A stretch of DNA of 64,000 nucleotides from contig OZ244960.1 in assembly GCA_965222605.1 (NCBI GenBank), positions 5,472,001 to 5,536,000 on the forward strand. The letters are read 5' to 3'. The notes beneath the pieces were generated by a model. It worked only from the letters and a program-made list of their open reading frames with translations, made no database searches and had not been told where the DNA came from. Position numbers and translations under genes: made by a program. The DNA comes from Candidatus Latescibacterota bacterium. Its GTDB lineage: Bacteria; Latescibacterota; UBA2968. Positions within the stretch are counted from its first letter, which is position 1, and every line of letters begins with the position of its first letter. This document shows positions 1 to 9,195 of the stretch, one piece after another.

Positions 1-498
1 GATCCTAAGGCCACCCTTAAAGCCAAAATATGCTTCACTTTTGGCGGCACAAAAGCCTTTTGAGGGGGGAGGGAACTCAAAGACTGGCTCTCTTGTAAAT
101 ATCTTGCGATAATGTCGCCTTGCCAGTTTACAGATCGGTAAGGGTAGCGTATCTATGATCTGGCAGGATGCCTGATGCCCTTCCAAGCTGGCAACAATCC
201 GCTGTTGCATCCACATCTTGACAACCCACAAATTGGCACATTGACGCACAAAGGCAGGACGGTCTTTCAAAGTGGGAAACCAATCTATGAAGTGTTCTTT
301 CATCTGCTCATAAAGTTTTTTCTGGCTTGAATATCCCAAAAAGTGACCCACGATTTCTATGGTGAGGCATTCGGCATCACTTAAACCGGGGTCAAAGCCT
401 GCCCGACGGGGCTTGCCATGCACCTTACAGAAAGCCGGATAGAGTTCGTCTTCAATAAAACAGTAGATTGCAATGACAAAAAGGTCTAAATTATACAT
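1..498 (-). CDS. IS982-family DDE transposase, N-terminal part (runs off the window start)
   Basis: Not in the ORF track. Manual translation from ATG 498: MYNLDLFVIAIYCFIEDELY...LSDAECLTIEIVG...IIDTLPLPICKLARR...GFCAAKSEAYFGFKG, open to base 1. LSDxE, IDxxPlp and GxCAxKxxxYFGFK are IS982-type motifs. Confidence 0.85.
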   Translation of the reverse strand, partial: MYNLDLFVIAIYCFIEDELYPAFCKVHGKPRRAGFDPGLSDAECLTIEIVGHFLGYSSQKKLYEQMKEHFIDWFPTLKDRPAFVRQCANLWVVKMWMQQRIVASLEGHQASCQIIDTLPLPICKLARRHYRKIFTREPVFEFPPPSKGFCAAKSEAYFGFKGGLRI

Positions 499-592
499 CG
501 GAGGTTCCTTTCGTTGAATGGCTTCTTGTTTAGTGAACAATTCAAGATAGCCGAGGAACCTCTTTTTCGCTATTTAAAGTCACACATCACGT
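1..592 (-). mobile_element. IS982-family insertion sequence, left part
   Basis: Transposase as above. Candidate left end ACGTGATGTGTGACTTT at about 592-576. A 9-bp inverted repeat (GAGGTTCCT 501-509 / AGGAACCTC 554-562) covers the transposase RBS region. The other end is outside the window, so the boundary is unconfirmed. Confidence 0.6.
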
Positions 593-672
593 AGAATATT
601 ATAATTCTCTACTCGTTCTTTTTTCTTAAACCGATACCCTCACGTCAATCGGGGATCAACTCAATCAGGTTC

Positions 673-945
673 TCACATTACATCCAATATCGCTTGAGGA
701 TTTTTGTCTGCGATCATCAGTAGTGTCCGGGCTGCACCCGACGGACGACAGCGGCCCTGCTCCCAGTCTTGCAATGTTCGAACAGATACACCCATCAGTT
801 GGGCAAACTGAGATTGAGAAAGACCCACTTTCGCTCTCGTTTGGGCAATGTCAGGTACTGTGATGATACGACCGTGTTCGCCTCGCTTGATTTCCTGTAG
901 GCCGGATAGAATCTCTTGACCGATATTTCTATTCCTTTCATTCAT
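673..945 (-). CDS. XRE/HTH_3 transcriptional regulator, HigA-like antitoxin
   Basis: GLSQSQFAQLMGVSVRTLQDWEQGRCRPSGAARTLL is a helix-turn-helix. The ATG at 945 overlaps the stop of an upstream toxin-like remnant. Confidence 0.85.
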   Translation of the reverse strand: MNERNRNIGQEILSGLQEIKRGEHGRIITVPDIAQTRAKVGLSQSQFAQLMGVSVRTLQDWEQGRCRPSGAARTLLMIADKNPQAILDVM

Positions 946-1015
946 TTTCGATCTCCTCACGGATTTGTTTGAGAATTTGGATAGGAATATTATCTCTCAC
1001 GTTTTTCGTATAGAT
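938..1015 (-). pseudogene. C-terminal remnant of a RelE/HigB-like toxin
   Basis: IYTKNVRDNIPIQILKQIREEIENE* resembles RelE/HigB C-termini. It overlaps the antitoxin start (ATGAATGA) and has no 5' part. Confidence 0.65.
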
Positions 1016-1087
1016 CTTTTGTCCACTGATTTTTGCAATAATCTTTATACGCCAAATTGCCATTGCAAGCCCCTGTTTTTTCGAGTA

Positions 1088-1130
1088 AATTGCAGATAAT
1101 TGCAAATATCGAAAGAAAAAGGTGCATAAT
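1088..1130 (+). promoter_or_regulatory. Candidate promoter/operator for the + strand gene run
   Basis: AT-rich region with palindrome TTGCA-GATAAT-TGCAA (1090-1105), followed by CATAAT at 1125-1130. The TTGCAA-CATAAT spacer is a suboptimal 19 nt. Confidence 0.35.
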
Positions 1131-1287
1131 ATGACCAGACGCAGACTGCATCACGGCCTTTGAGGTCGTATCTGCGTGAGAAATGTGGGACGATTATTAC
1201 GACCGACTGGCCGCCGTCCACTGGGGGGACGGCGACGGGGGGTTTGGGGGTGATGGACTACGCGAATAAAATATGGAGGCAAAACCC

Positions 1288-1971
1288 ATGACACATACAC
1301 TTGATTTGTACGGCGGCACAACCCAATTGAAGGGAAAAAGCACCGGCTGGTTCCATCTCGAGGAACTGGACGGGCGCAGATGGTTCATCACACCCGAGGG
1401 CAATGCCTTTTTCCCCGTGTCGCTGTCCCATATCTACACCGGGAACAGTCAGCCGACCGTGCAAAAGCTTTACGACTGCGACAAGGATGCGTGGATTGAA
1501 AAGTGGTTCGACCAGATGCGCGCGCTCGGGTTTAACTGCGCACTCGCAGGCGCAACGAGCCAGTGTCGGGACCCCAGGGGCTATGTCGATGTCGAGAAGG
1601 TGGTGGCGCTGTTTCGCCGCGAATCTTTCCCTTACGCTGCCGGACTCTTCCTGATCCCTCACCCCAACGAGTTGCCGGAAGGTCAGGAACGACCAGATAT
1701 TTTCGCCCCTGCTTACCAGGAGTGGGTAGAAGAGTTGGTAGCCGATGTTTGCTCGCGGTACGCCGATGATCCGTTGATGAAAATGTCCGGCATGATGGAA
1801 GGCCTGTACGATTGGGACGGCAACCCAAAGCCCGGGCTCGTGGATGCCGTGAGGGAGGCCAACAAGGAAATCTATGAACGCGCAACAGATCCCTATGGTT
1901 CTTCTGAAATCGTCGAGTTGGATGAAAATCTGTGCCGCGTCAGAGATGAGGTCCACAAACATATTCGTTAG
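1288..1971 (+). pseudogene. Agarase/GH50-like glycoside hydrolase, probably internally deleted
   Basis: GGAGG precedes ATG 1288. TGWFHLEELDGRRWFITPEGNAFF, MRALGFN and PDIF...YADDP match the N-terminal half of agarase-like TIM barrels. The frame then jumps to a C-terminal-like GLYDWDGNPKP without the expected GYFxDNE catalytic strand. Confidence 0.55.
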
Positions 1972-1981
1972 GTGGATTGAA

Positions 1982-2738
1982 ATGATTTCTGTACAACAAT
2001 GGGATTTTTGTACAACAATGGGATTTTTTTCAAGAACACGGTTATCTGATCGTTGAAAATGTGCTCTCTGTGCAACGATTGGCAGCGTTGCGAGAGGCCC
2101 TGGAAAAGAGATATGATCTGGAGGGCGAAAAGGCAGGATCAGAAGGAGCGAACCCTCCGGGCGTTCGCAGATTGTGCAATCTCATTGGTAAAGGCCGCGT
2201 CTTAGAAGAGCTGGCAATCGAGCCGATTGCATTAGAAATGGCCAGGCTGGCGATTGGAGAGGATATGCGCTGGCAGGCCATGAATTTTCACGATCCCATG
2301 CCCGGTGATCCGCGTCCTCATCAGGCAATCCATGCCGATCGATCGTTCTTTAAGAATTGTACTGCATACCTCAATGTGGTGTGGGCACTTGATGATATGA
2401 CAGAAGAAAACGGTGCGACTCGCCTTGTGCCAGGATCGCATAAAAAACCCTGGCCCCGAGATGTTCTGGACGATCTCAAAGAGGCAGTTGCTGGAGAAAT
2501 CTACGTGACCTGTACGGCTGGAACTGGCATTTTTTGCCATGGTGATGTCTGGCATGGCGCACGTGCAAACCGTTCAAAATCGCCCAGGCGTGTGATCCAT
2601 ATGGGATACAGTTGTCCAAACACTGCGCCTCAATATGAAATTGCAGGCTCTTTGACGCAGGATATTCGCGAGCGGTTGGGCGAGCATTGTGCGCTCATTC
2701 CAGATCCCCTGGCGTCATTTGGTTTGGAGAAACCCTAA
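1982..2738 (+). pseudogene. PhyH-family dioxygenase frameshifted by a 19-bp tandem duplication
   Basis: Has HAD, NGATRLVPGSH and WHG motifs. Removing one repeat copy gives MISVQQWDFFQEHGYLIVENVLS, a typical PhyH N-terminus. A shortened product from GTG 2061 is possible. Confidence 0.85.
1990..2027 (+). repeat. Perfect 19-bp tandem duplication TGTACAACAATGGGATTTT x2
   Basis: Copies at 1990-2008 and 2009-2027. Confidence 0.95.
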
Positions 2739-2858
2739 GCATTGGGTTTTGCGCCACGGATGCATGTCTCAGGTGTTTAGGAGATCCAAGGGGATTTTGA
2801 GGGTTTTTTTTGTAGCGGGCAAGCTGTTTAGGGACACGACACTGGAGGAGCACAGGTT

Positions 2859-3665
2859 ATGGAACAAGCATTGACGGAGCGTGAAATCGAAGCCATCGTC
2901 CGGGAGGTCACAGACGAAGAAGTGGCCTTCTACCAGGAATACGGATGGGTCATGATAAAGCAACTCGTAGCCCCGGAGTTCGTCACGGAGCTCCTAACTG
3001 TCGGCCAGGATTGGCTGGAACGCTATGGCGCAGACGAGGACCGCAGACGGGCCGTCGGTCTGGTACTGCAGGAAGAGGCTGAGCCATTCCGCTCGTTCAT
3101 GTTCAGTGAGCGCATGTCAAAAAACGCGATGCGACTCGTGAATAGGAAGCGGCTCAAGGGCGTAGATATCCCACTTCGCTATCGCGCTGACGTCATCAGA
3201 GAAAAGCCCCCAGGGGCAGCCAGAACCCATTATCATCAGGACTCGTCACAGCACGGCTCTGATCGCGTGGGTGAGCTCCAGTTCTGGCTTGCTCTGGTGG
3301 AAGTGACACCGGAGATGAGCGCCATGCGATTCGTCAGTCGCTCGCATCGCGAAGGACCGCTTGGCTCGGTAGGCGGCGATGGCCAGGGCGACCTGCTCGA
3401 GCAATTTCCAAATCTGACGTCTGTGCTGGAGCTTTCTCCGCCTTTGCATTACCAGACAGGTGATTGCACAGTGCATCACGGGTACACGATCCATGGCGCT
3501 CCAGTCAACAGCACCGACAAGTCGCGCTGGTCATACCTCTTCTCATACTCTCCATCCGACACCCGATACTGGAATGGCACAGCAGGCAACTGGGGCAACG
3601 AGCGAAAGCATCTGAGTGACCGGGATAATCCAACGGTCCATTTTCCCGATTCAGACGCGGTATGA
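2859..3665 (+). CDS. PhyH-family Fe(II)/2OG dioxygenase
   Basis: YQEYGWV, HQD, MRFVSRSH, GDCTVHHGYTIHGA. Close paralog of 55215-56018. Confidence 0.9.
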   Translation: MEQALTEREIEAIVREVTDEEVAFYQEYGWVMIKQLVAPEFVTELLTVGQDWLERYGADEDRRRAVGLVLQEEAEPFRSFMFSERMSKNAMRLVNRKRLKGVDIPLRYRADVIREKPPGAARTHYHQDSSQHGSDRVGELQFWLALVEVTPEMSAMRFVSRSHREGPLGSVGGDGQGDLLEQFPNLTSVLELSPPLHYQTGDCTVHHGYTIHGAPVNSTDKSRWSYLFSYSPSDTRYWNGTAGNWGNERKHLSDRDNPTVHFPDSDAV

Positions 3666-3742
3666 CCTCATGTTTCTAAATGCAGGCGATGAGGTGGTTG
3701 ATCAGGATACCCTAAGAACCACATGATTGAAAGGAGTGCCAC

Positions 3743-4927
3743 ATGCCCCCAACTCAGAAATTTGAAGAACGCGTCGTTCGTGTGGAGAAACCTTCCGCTC
3801 ACTTCACGCTGTTGAGGAACGAAAAGGGTAATTTTTTAGGCACATCGGAAGGCAAAACAGCCGTCTTCGGCCACGTTGACGACAAAGCGATCTGGAAAGA
3901 AGAAGGCGACACCTATCGCCATGTGGTGTCAGACCTGACACTCGATGTGTCTGCCGCGAATGACGAAGGCGTGCATCTCGCCCTGAATGGGAAAGCACTG
4001 GGCGAAGATGGCTGCCAATCGTCCATACCGTGGCGTTTTCAGCCGGGTCACGGTCCTGCCCATCTCCCATCTGAATACCTTCAACAAATCCGCGAGAACG
4101 GATGGGTCTGCCTTCCGAGCATCTTGTCTCCCCACGCGATCGAAGAACTGCAAAGGGTGAGTTGCACCGGCAAGTGGGACCATGAAGAATTAGACAAAAG
4201 CCTGCCGACCCTCACGCAGTCTGTAGAAGTGGCGAGAGCCGCAACCGAGCCCGTATCCCTCTGGGTGATGCGGGAGTATATGCAGTGTCGGGAAATTCGG
4301 CTGGCTCACAGGCCCGGTTTCGCCGTCGTGGTCCCGGATGACGGTGAACGCAAAGTGGGGGGGTGGCATTCGGATTATCCGTATCTCTGGGGGATCGCCA
4401 GGAATTCCTCTGATGGCAATCGGATCGTACCGCACAATGCGTTAAATCTTGTGCTTGGCGTTCAGCGAAATTTATGTGTGACCGAATTTAAGCGTGAAAA
4501 CGGCGCAACCTGTTTCAAACTCGGATCGCATACGCTTGGGGAAGGACCTCCTCGGGAATGGGGGAGTGGGAATACGTACAGGGAGGAGGGATCTCGCAGA
4601 GCAAAGGGCCTCCCCTATACTGGCTCCGAAGCAGACGTCGTCGAGGCGCCGGCGGGCAGCTACGTCATCTATGATGCCCGAACCTGGCATCGGGCAGGCG
4701 TGAACCGTACGAACAAAAAGCGGGCAGCGATGCTTCAGTCCGTCGTTCCCATGTACATCATGCCTTTTATGGAGACCGTCCGTCCTTACAAAGAATTCCT
4801 TGCGAGTCCTCTGGCGATTCAACTGACGGAGCGGGAGCATATCGAGCTGGAAAACCTCCTGGTAAGCCGAATCGATGGGCCTCAAGGGCGTTTTGCGATT
4901 ACCATGGATGAGGAACTTTCCAGATGA
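3743..4927 (+). CDS. PhyH-family dioxygenase with an N-terminal extra domain of about 105 aa
   Basis: ENGWVCLP, GWHSDYP, ENGAT...GSH, YDARTWHRAGVN. AAGGAG RBS. Confidence 0.85.
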   Translation: MPPTQKFEERVVRVEKPSAHFTLLRNEKGNFLGTSEGKTAVFGHVDDKAIWKEEGDTYRHVVSDLTLDVSAANDEGVHLALNGKALGEDGCQSSIPWRFQPGHGPAHLPSEYLQQIRENGWVCLPSILSPHAIEELQRVSCTGKWDHEELDKSLPTLTQSVEVARAATEPVSLWVMREYMQCREIRLAHRPGFAVVVPDDGERKVGGWHSDYPYLWGIARNSSDGNRIVPHNALNLVLGVQRNLCVTEFKRENGATCFKLGSHTLGEGPPREWGSGNTYREEGSRRAKGLPYTGSEADVVEAPAGSYVIYDARTWHRAGVNRTNKKRAAMLQSVVPMYIMPFMETVRPYKEFLASPLAIQLTEREHIELENLLVSRIDGPQGRFAITMDEELSR

Positions 4928-5706
4928 ACGAATACAAGACGCACTTTGATACCCCGGAAGATGCTTACTTCGGCTTTTTTGAAGCCGACGCATCCCAAAA
5001 TGGAGATGCCTGGGCTGCCGTGATGAGCTATCCCCATGTCCGCGTTGACGCATCGGGACAGACCGTCTATTACGATACGGCACGGGACTACGCCGATGCC
5101 GCCGACTGGACGTCAAGGGTAGCGACGGGTTGGGTCCTGACGAGGGGGCGAGAACCTGTCCGGCTGCACGAGTCTCCCAACAAGGTTCACCTCGTAGGCG
5201 GGTGGACGCGATATAACGCAGACGATGATCCCATCTTGTGGAACCGCGTCACTTATATTGTCACCAAACCTGCTGATTCGTGGGGGATCCAGGCGCGGTT
5301 TGCGCTTGGTACTTATTACGATGGGAGTGACGACGAAACAGCTATCGCCCAGGCTACCGAGGCGGCAATTAGTCAGGTGCGACGCTATTGCGATGCACTG
5401 GACAAAAACGATGGCGATGCTTGCGCCAACCTCTGTCGTTTTCCGCTGATTGAGGTCGGCGTTGGCGCAGTAACACGGATCGAAGACGGCACCAAACTGG
5501 TGCAACAGGTCAACGAAAGAACCACATCGGTCAGCAATCTAAAAGTCGAGGCAGCACAGTCTGGTCCTGATGGCGTCCTTGTAGCGGTGACTGCTGACGA
5601 TGCCTCTGGCAACAGCGAGCAATCCATCGTGGTGGTCGGCAAAGAGGCTGACGCATGGCAGATTGCTGGCATTTCGAGAATGATTGAGGCAGAAAATACG
5701 AAGTAG
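4924..5706 (+). CDS. Hypothetical protein, possibly tandem NTF2/SnoaL-like domains
   Basis: ATGA overlap with the upstream gene. Two similar halves (YFGFFEA..NGDAWAAVMSYPHV / YCDALDKNDGDACANLCRFPLI), each ending in a W-x-I strand. Confidence 0.6.
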   Translation: MNEYKTHFDTPEDAYFGFFEADASQNGDAWAAVMSYPHVRVDASGQTVYYDTARDYADAADWTSRVATGWVLTRGREPVRLHESPNKVHLVGGWTRYNADDDPILWNRVTYIVTKPADSWGIQARFALGTYYDGSDDETAIAQATEAAISQVRRYCDALDKNDGDACANLCRFPLIEVGVGAVTRIEDGTKLVQQVNERTTSVSNLKVEAAQSGPDGVLVAVTADDASGNSEQSIVVVGKEADAWQIAGISRMIEAENTK

Positions 5707-5717
5707 GGAGGTATATC

Positions 5718-5792
5718 TTGAAGATTACATCGGTAAAGGCTGTCCCCGCATCATCTTCGCCGCAAGGCCGCGTTCCACCGTATCCGCACTGA
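5718..5792 (+). pseudogene. Gene stub: enolase/mandelate-racemase-like N-terminus fused to an unrelated tail
   Basis: GGAGGT RBS then TTG, giving MKITSVKAVPASSSPQGRVPPYPH*. Confidence 0.55.
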
Positions 5793-5801
5793 AAGGACTT
5801 T

Positions 5802-7049
5802 ATGAATCGTTCTGTTCTGGACTGGCCAACAGGCGTTACCGTCTACCACCCTGACCGATGTTACAACGGGTACACGCTCGTTCACGGGCGAGGGCCCTGG
5901 GATCCTGTGCGTGGTATTTCGGCCGAACAGGTTGATCGATGGCACTTGATAGACATGAAGGGTCAGGTGGTTCACGAGTTCTACGGAAACCCGGCGACGC
6001 AGCGCGGCTCTCAGCTATTTGAACGCGTCGCAAACGGCCACTATATCAGCAATGGGGCCTCCATCACAGAACAGGACTGGGATGGAAATATTGTCTGGTC
6101 TCTGTCCTCAGACTTCCGCAAGGATGCGCGACCAACGAGTTTCCATCACGACATCCAGAAGACTTCTGAACACACCTATCTCGCTATGGTCGCGGATCGC
6201 GTCGAAGCCCCCCAGGTATCGCGCGTCACACTCCAAGACGATCACATCATGGAAATAACTTCGGAGGGCGAGATCGTCTGGGAATGGTGGGGGCATCACC
6301 ACCTGGAAGAATTCGGATTCAGCGATCGTGCGAAGCAGATCATATTTGAAACTGGCGGGGGGCAACAGCCCAGACAGGAAGGAGACTGGCTCCATCTGAA
6401 TACGCTTCACACACTTCCCGACAATCCCTTATATGATCAGGGCGACACGAGATTCAAGCCGGGAAATATTCTCAGCTGTTCCAGAAATGGAAATCAGATA
6501 TTCATCATCGAGAAATCGACTGGAAACATTGTCTGGAAGTGGGGCTATTTGGACCAGATGGAAACTATGTGGTTGAACGGGACCGAAAGGCAGAATCAAT
6601 ATCTGGTAGGTCCACACGATCCCAAAATGCTGCACAACGGAAATATCCTGATCTACGACAATGGAGGCGGTACGGGCTATCCTCCGATTAATCGATTCTA
6701 CACTCGGCTTGTAGAAATCAATCCCGTGAGTGGAGAAGTCGTGTGGGAATATGCTGCGGGGCCTCAGGCCAGCAAATTCCTGAGCATTGTTACCGGCGGC
6801 CTGCAGCGCCTCCCGAATGGGAACACGCTAAGTCTGGATACGGATAAGGGACGGATCTTCGAAGTGACCTGGGAAGGTGAAATCGTGTGGGAGTACATCA
6901 ACCCGAGAGGCGGATTCTACAGAACCCAGCGCATTGCCTACCCCGATTGCCCACTGGACCCCCCTGACCTGAAGCCCGCAGACCTCCCGGTTCCCGATCA
7001 CCTCGGCCTACCTGTATCAGACACCCTGGATTACTCCCCATCTCCCTAA
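5802..7049 (+). CDS. Aryl-sulfate sulfotransferase (ASST)-like beta-propeller
   Basis: LIDMKGQVVH, FHHD, DWLHLN, GPHDP, ILIYDNG, QRLPNGNTL and GRIFEVTWEGEIVWEY motifs. Confidence 0.85.
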   Translation: MNRSVLDWPTGVTVYHPDRCYNGYTLVHGRGPWDPVRGISAEQVDRWHLIDMKGQVVHEFYGNPATQRGSQLFERVANGHYISNGASITEQDWDGNIVWSLSSDFRKDARPTSFHHDIQKTSEHTYLAMVADRVEAPQVSRVTLQDDHIMEITSEGEIVWEWWGHHHLEEFGFSDRAKQIIFETGGGQQPRQEGDWLHLNTLHTLPDNPLYDQGDTRFKPGNILSCSRNGNQIFIIEKSTGNIVWKWGYLDQMETMWLNGTERQNQYLVGPHDPKMLHNGNILIYDNGGGTGYPPINRFYTRLVEINPVSGEVVWEYAAGPQASKFLSIVTGGLQRLPNGNTLSLDTDKGRIFEVTWEGEIVWEYINPRGGFYRTQRIAYPDCPLDPPDLKPADLPVPDHLGLPVSDTLDYSPSP

Positions 7050-7090
7050 GATTCGATGTCACCCTTCATCCCGACTACAGGATTATGCTC

Positions 7091-8023
7091 ATGTCCGATT
7101 ACACGTTTAAACTTGCCATGTTCACGACCGAACTGAGACTGCCCTATGACCGGGCATTTCCCAAAGCGAAAGAGATCGGCGCGGACCGCCTCTGGTACGC
7201 GCCTTCGGCGGGCGACCTTCCGTTCGAAGCCATGACCGACGCGGATATGGACCGCATCGGCGAGTGCGCCGAGCAGCATCAAACGGATATCTTCCTGCTC
7301 TGCGGAGGCCGTAAGTTCAAAAAAGTGCATCTCTGCGATCTGGATCTGGACCATATGGCCGAACACCCCGAATTTCAGGAAGCCCGGAGGGAACTGACCG
7401 CCGCCATGAAGATGGCCGCCCGGCTCAAAATTCCGGCAGTGGCCACGTTTACATTCGCCTGGCCGGGTGAATATACTGCCGGTAAGCCGACCTGGCCCAT
7501 GCGATGGATGACCCGCGGCGGCGTCATTTCCGGTCTGGACATGGACAAACTGGTCCGGGCGTTTACGCTGCTGGCCGAAGACGCTGACCGCTACGATGTG
7601 GATCTGCCGCTGTGCATGATGCCGTGGAATTACACGAATACCACGGAACACATGCGGCAGGTGATCGAGGCGGTCGGCTCACCTCGCCTGAAAACGGTCT
7701 GGGGGCCAGCGGATACCATGAACTGCGGTGAATCGGACACCGCCACCCGCGGATTTCAGAATGTCCGTCCGTATCTTCATACGCTCCACATAAAAGATCT
7801 GAAAGTCATAGACGGTCTGAAATGTGAGTTTGAATACTATCCCATCGGCGAAGGGGACGTGGATTTTCCGACGGTACTGCGGAACCTGCGTGATCATCAG
7901 ATCGACGCCGCGATATCCATCGCTACCCACTTCAGGCCGGAAAGCGGATCGGCGGAAGAAGCGATGCGTATCAACTTTGCCAATATGAAAGCGTTGATCG
8001 ATGGGTTAAACGATAGGGGGTAA
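7091..8023 (+). CDS. Sugar phosphate isomerase/epimerase (xylose isomerase-like TIM barrel)
   Basis: LHIKD and PIGEGDVDFPTVLRNL motifs. Confidence 0.75.
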   Translation: MSDYTFKLAMFTTELRLPYDRAFPKAKEIGADRLWYAPSAGDLPFEAMTDADMDRIGECAEQHQTDIFLLCGGRKFKKVHLCDLDLDHMAEHPEFQEARRELTAAMKMAARLKIPAVATFTFAWPGEYTAGKPTWPMRWMTRGGVISGLDMDKLVRAFTLLAEDADRYDVDLPLCMMPWNYTNTTEHMRQVIEAVGSPRLKTVWGPADTMNCGESDTATRGFQNVRPYLHTLHIKDLKVIDGLKCEFEYYPIGEGDVDFPTVLRNLRDHQIDAAISIATHFRPESGSAEEAMRINFANMKALIDGLNDRG

Positions 8024-8074
8024 AAACAATCGGAACCCCCATCTCGACGCAAATTCGATCCTTTCCCTACGTAT

Positions 8075-9130
8075 TCATGCTTGTGGTACAGCGCTACTCA
8101 TGAACCCTTCGTCTCTCACCAGAACCTGGAGATCCAGGTTTGTCATAGGGAAATCCACCCGCGCGTTGCCCAACCGCTCCGATTCGTGAAGAGAAAGCAC
8201 CATTTCCAGCGCAGCCCGTCCGTCTTCTCCAGTGGATATTGTATCCTGATCGCGGTCGAGGCTTTCTACAATCTCCTCTGCCGACAACGGGATCACACAT
8301 CGGCCTGCGTTCGTTGTATTCAGCTTATGTTCCTCTGGTATTTCGGGGAATTTCTCCTCTTTATTTTTAACGAAGAGCTTGAACTGATGTGGCCGTGTAT
8401 TGACCACCGTTATCCGTCCCCTGGATCCAATCAATTCAAAGAGGTGCTGAGCCCTCGCTCCGGTAGATCCATTCACAATGCATTGTACGCCATTCTGAAA
8501 CTGAAAGTACCCGGCGCCACGGGGATCCAGCGCATCCGGATCCAATAGGTGACCAGTTGCCCACGCTACATCGCCTGCGAAGAAGCGCAGCATGTCAAAA
8601 AAGTGGGTTCCATTGTTGGCAAGCCCCGCGCTGTACTGAAGCGTCATAGCCTGAAGGGAGCCGATTACCTGCTGATCGATTATCTCCTTAATTTTTCGAA
8701 ATTGCCAATCCCATCGGCGCGTGTGGTTAATGCTCAGCTTTACATTGTTTCTCCGGCAAGCATCAATCATTTCGTCTGCCTCTCGCAAAGTAGTCGCCAT
8801 CGCCTTCTCACAGAATATGGCTTTCACACCTGACTGAGCCGCGGCAACAACGATATCTCGATGCGGAATGGGATAGGTGCAAACACTCACGATATCCAGC
8901 TTCTCAGTATCCAGCATTTCCTGCCAATCTGTGTACAGACCCGGAACATCCCATTTGCCTCCAAAACTCTGTCGGCGTTCATCGTCCCGATCTGCTGCTG
9001 CGACAATACGGGTTCGATCACAGTGATCGTAACAACCCGCATGAGTATTTGGCGTTCCGCGATGTATTTCCTGCTCCAGTAAACTCGCAATCCTGCCACA
9101 GCCGATAACACCAACGTTATAAACTTGCAT
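8075..9130 (-). CDS. Gfo/Idh/MocA-family oxidoreductase
   Basis: VGVIGCGRIA, CEKAMA, INHTRRW, GTHFFD. Confidence 0.9.
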   Translation of the reverse strand: MQVYNVGVIGCGRIASLLEQEIHRGTPNTHAGCYDHCDRTRIVAAADRDDERRQSFGGKWDVPGLYTDWQEMLDTEKLDIVSVCTYPIPHRDIVVAAAQSGVKAIFCEKAMATTLREADEMIDACRRNNVKLSINHTRRWDWQFRKIKEIIDQQVIGSLQAMTLQYSAGLANNGTHFFDMLRFFAGDVAWATGHLLDPDALDPRGAGYFQFQNGVQCIVNGSTGARAQHLFELIGSRGRITVVNTRPHQFKLFVKNKEEKFPEIPEEHKLNTTNAGRCVIPLSAEEIVESLDRDQDTISTGEDGRAALEMVLSLHESERLGNARVDFPMTNLDLQVLVRDEGFMSSAVPQA

Positions 9131-9195
9131 AGAAAAGCTCCGAAGAAAATCGTGGGAAGAACTCATTGTCGAACGTTCAAGGTCTCAGATCACAA

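Noticed and set aside
1990-2027. CRISPR-like repeat
   Set aside because: Only two adjacent copies with no spacer, inside a coding start, and no cas genes.
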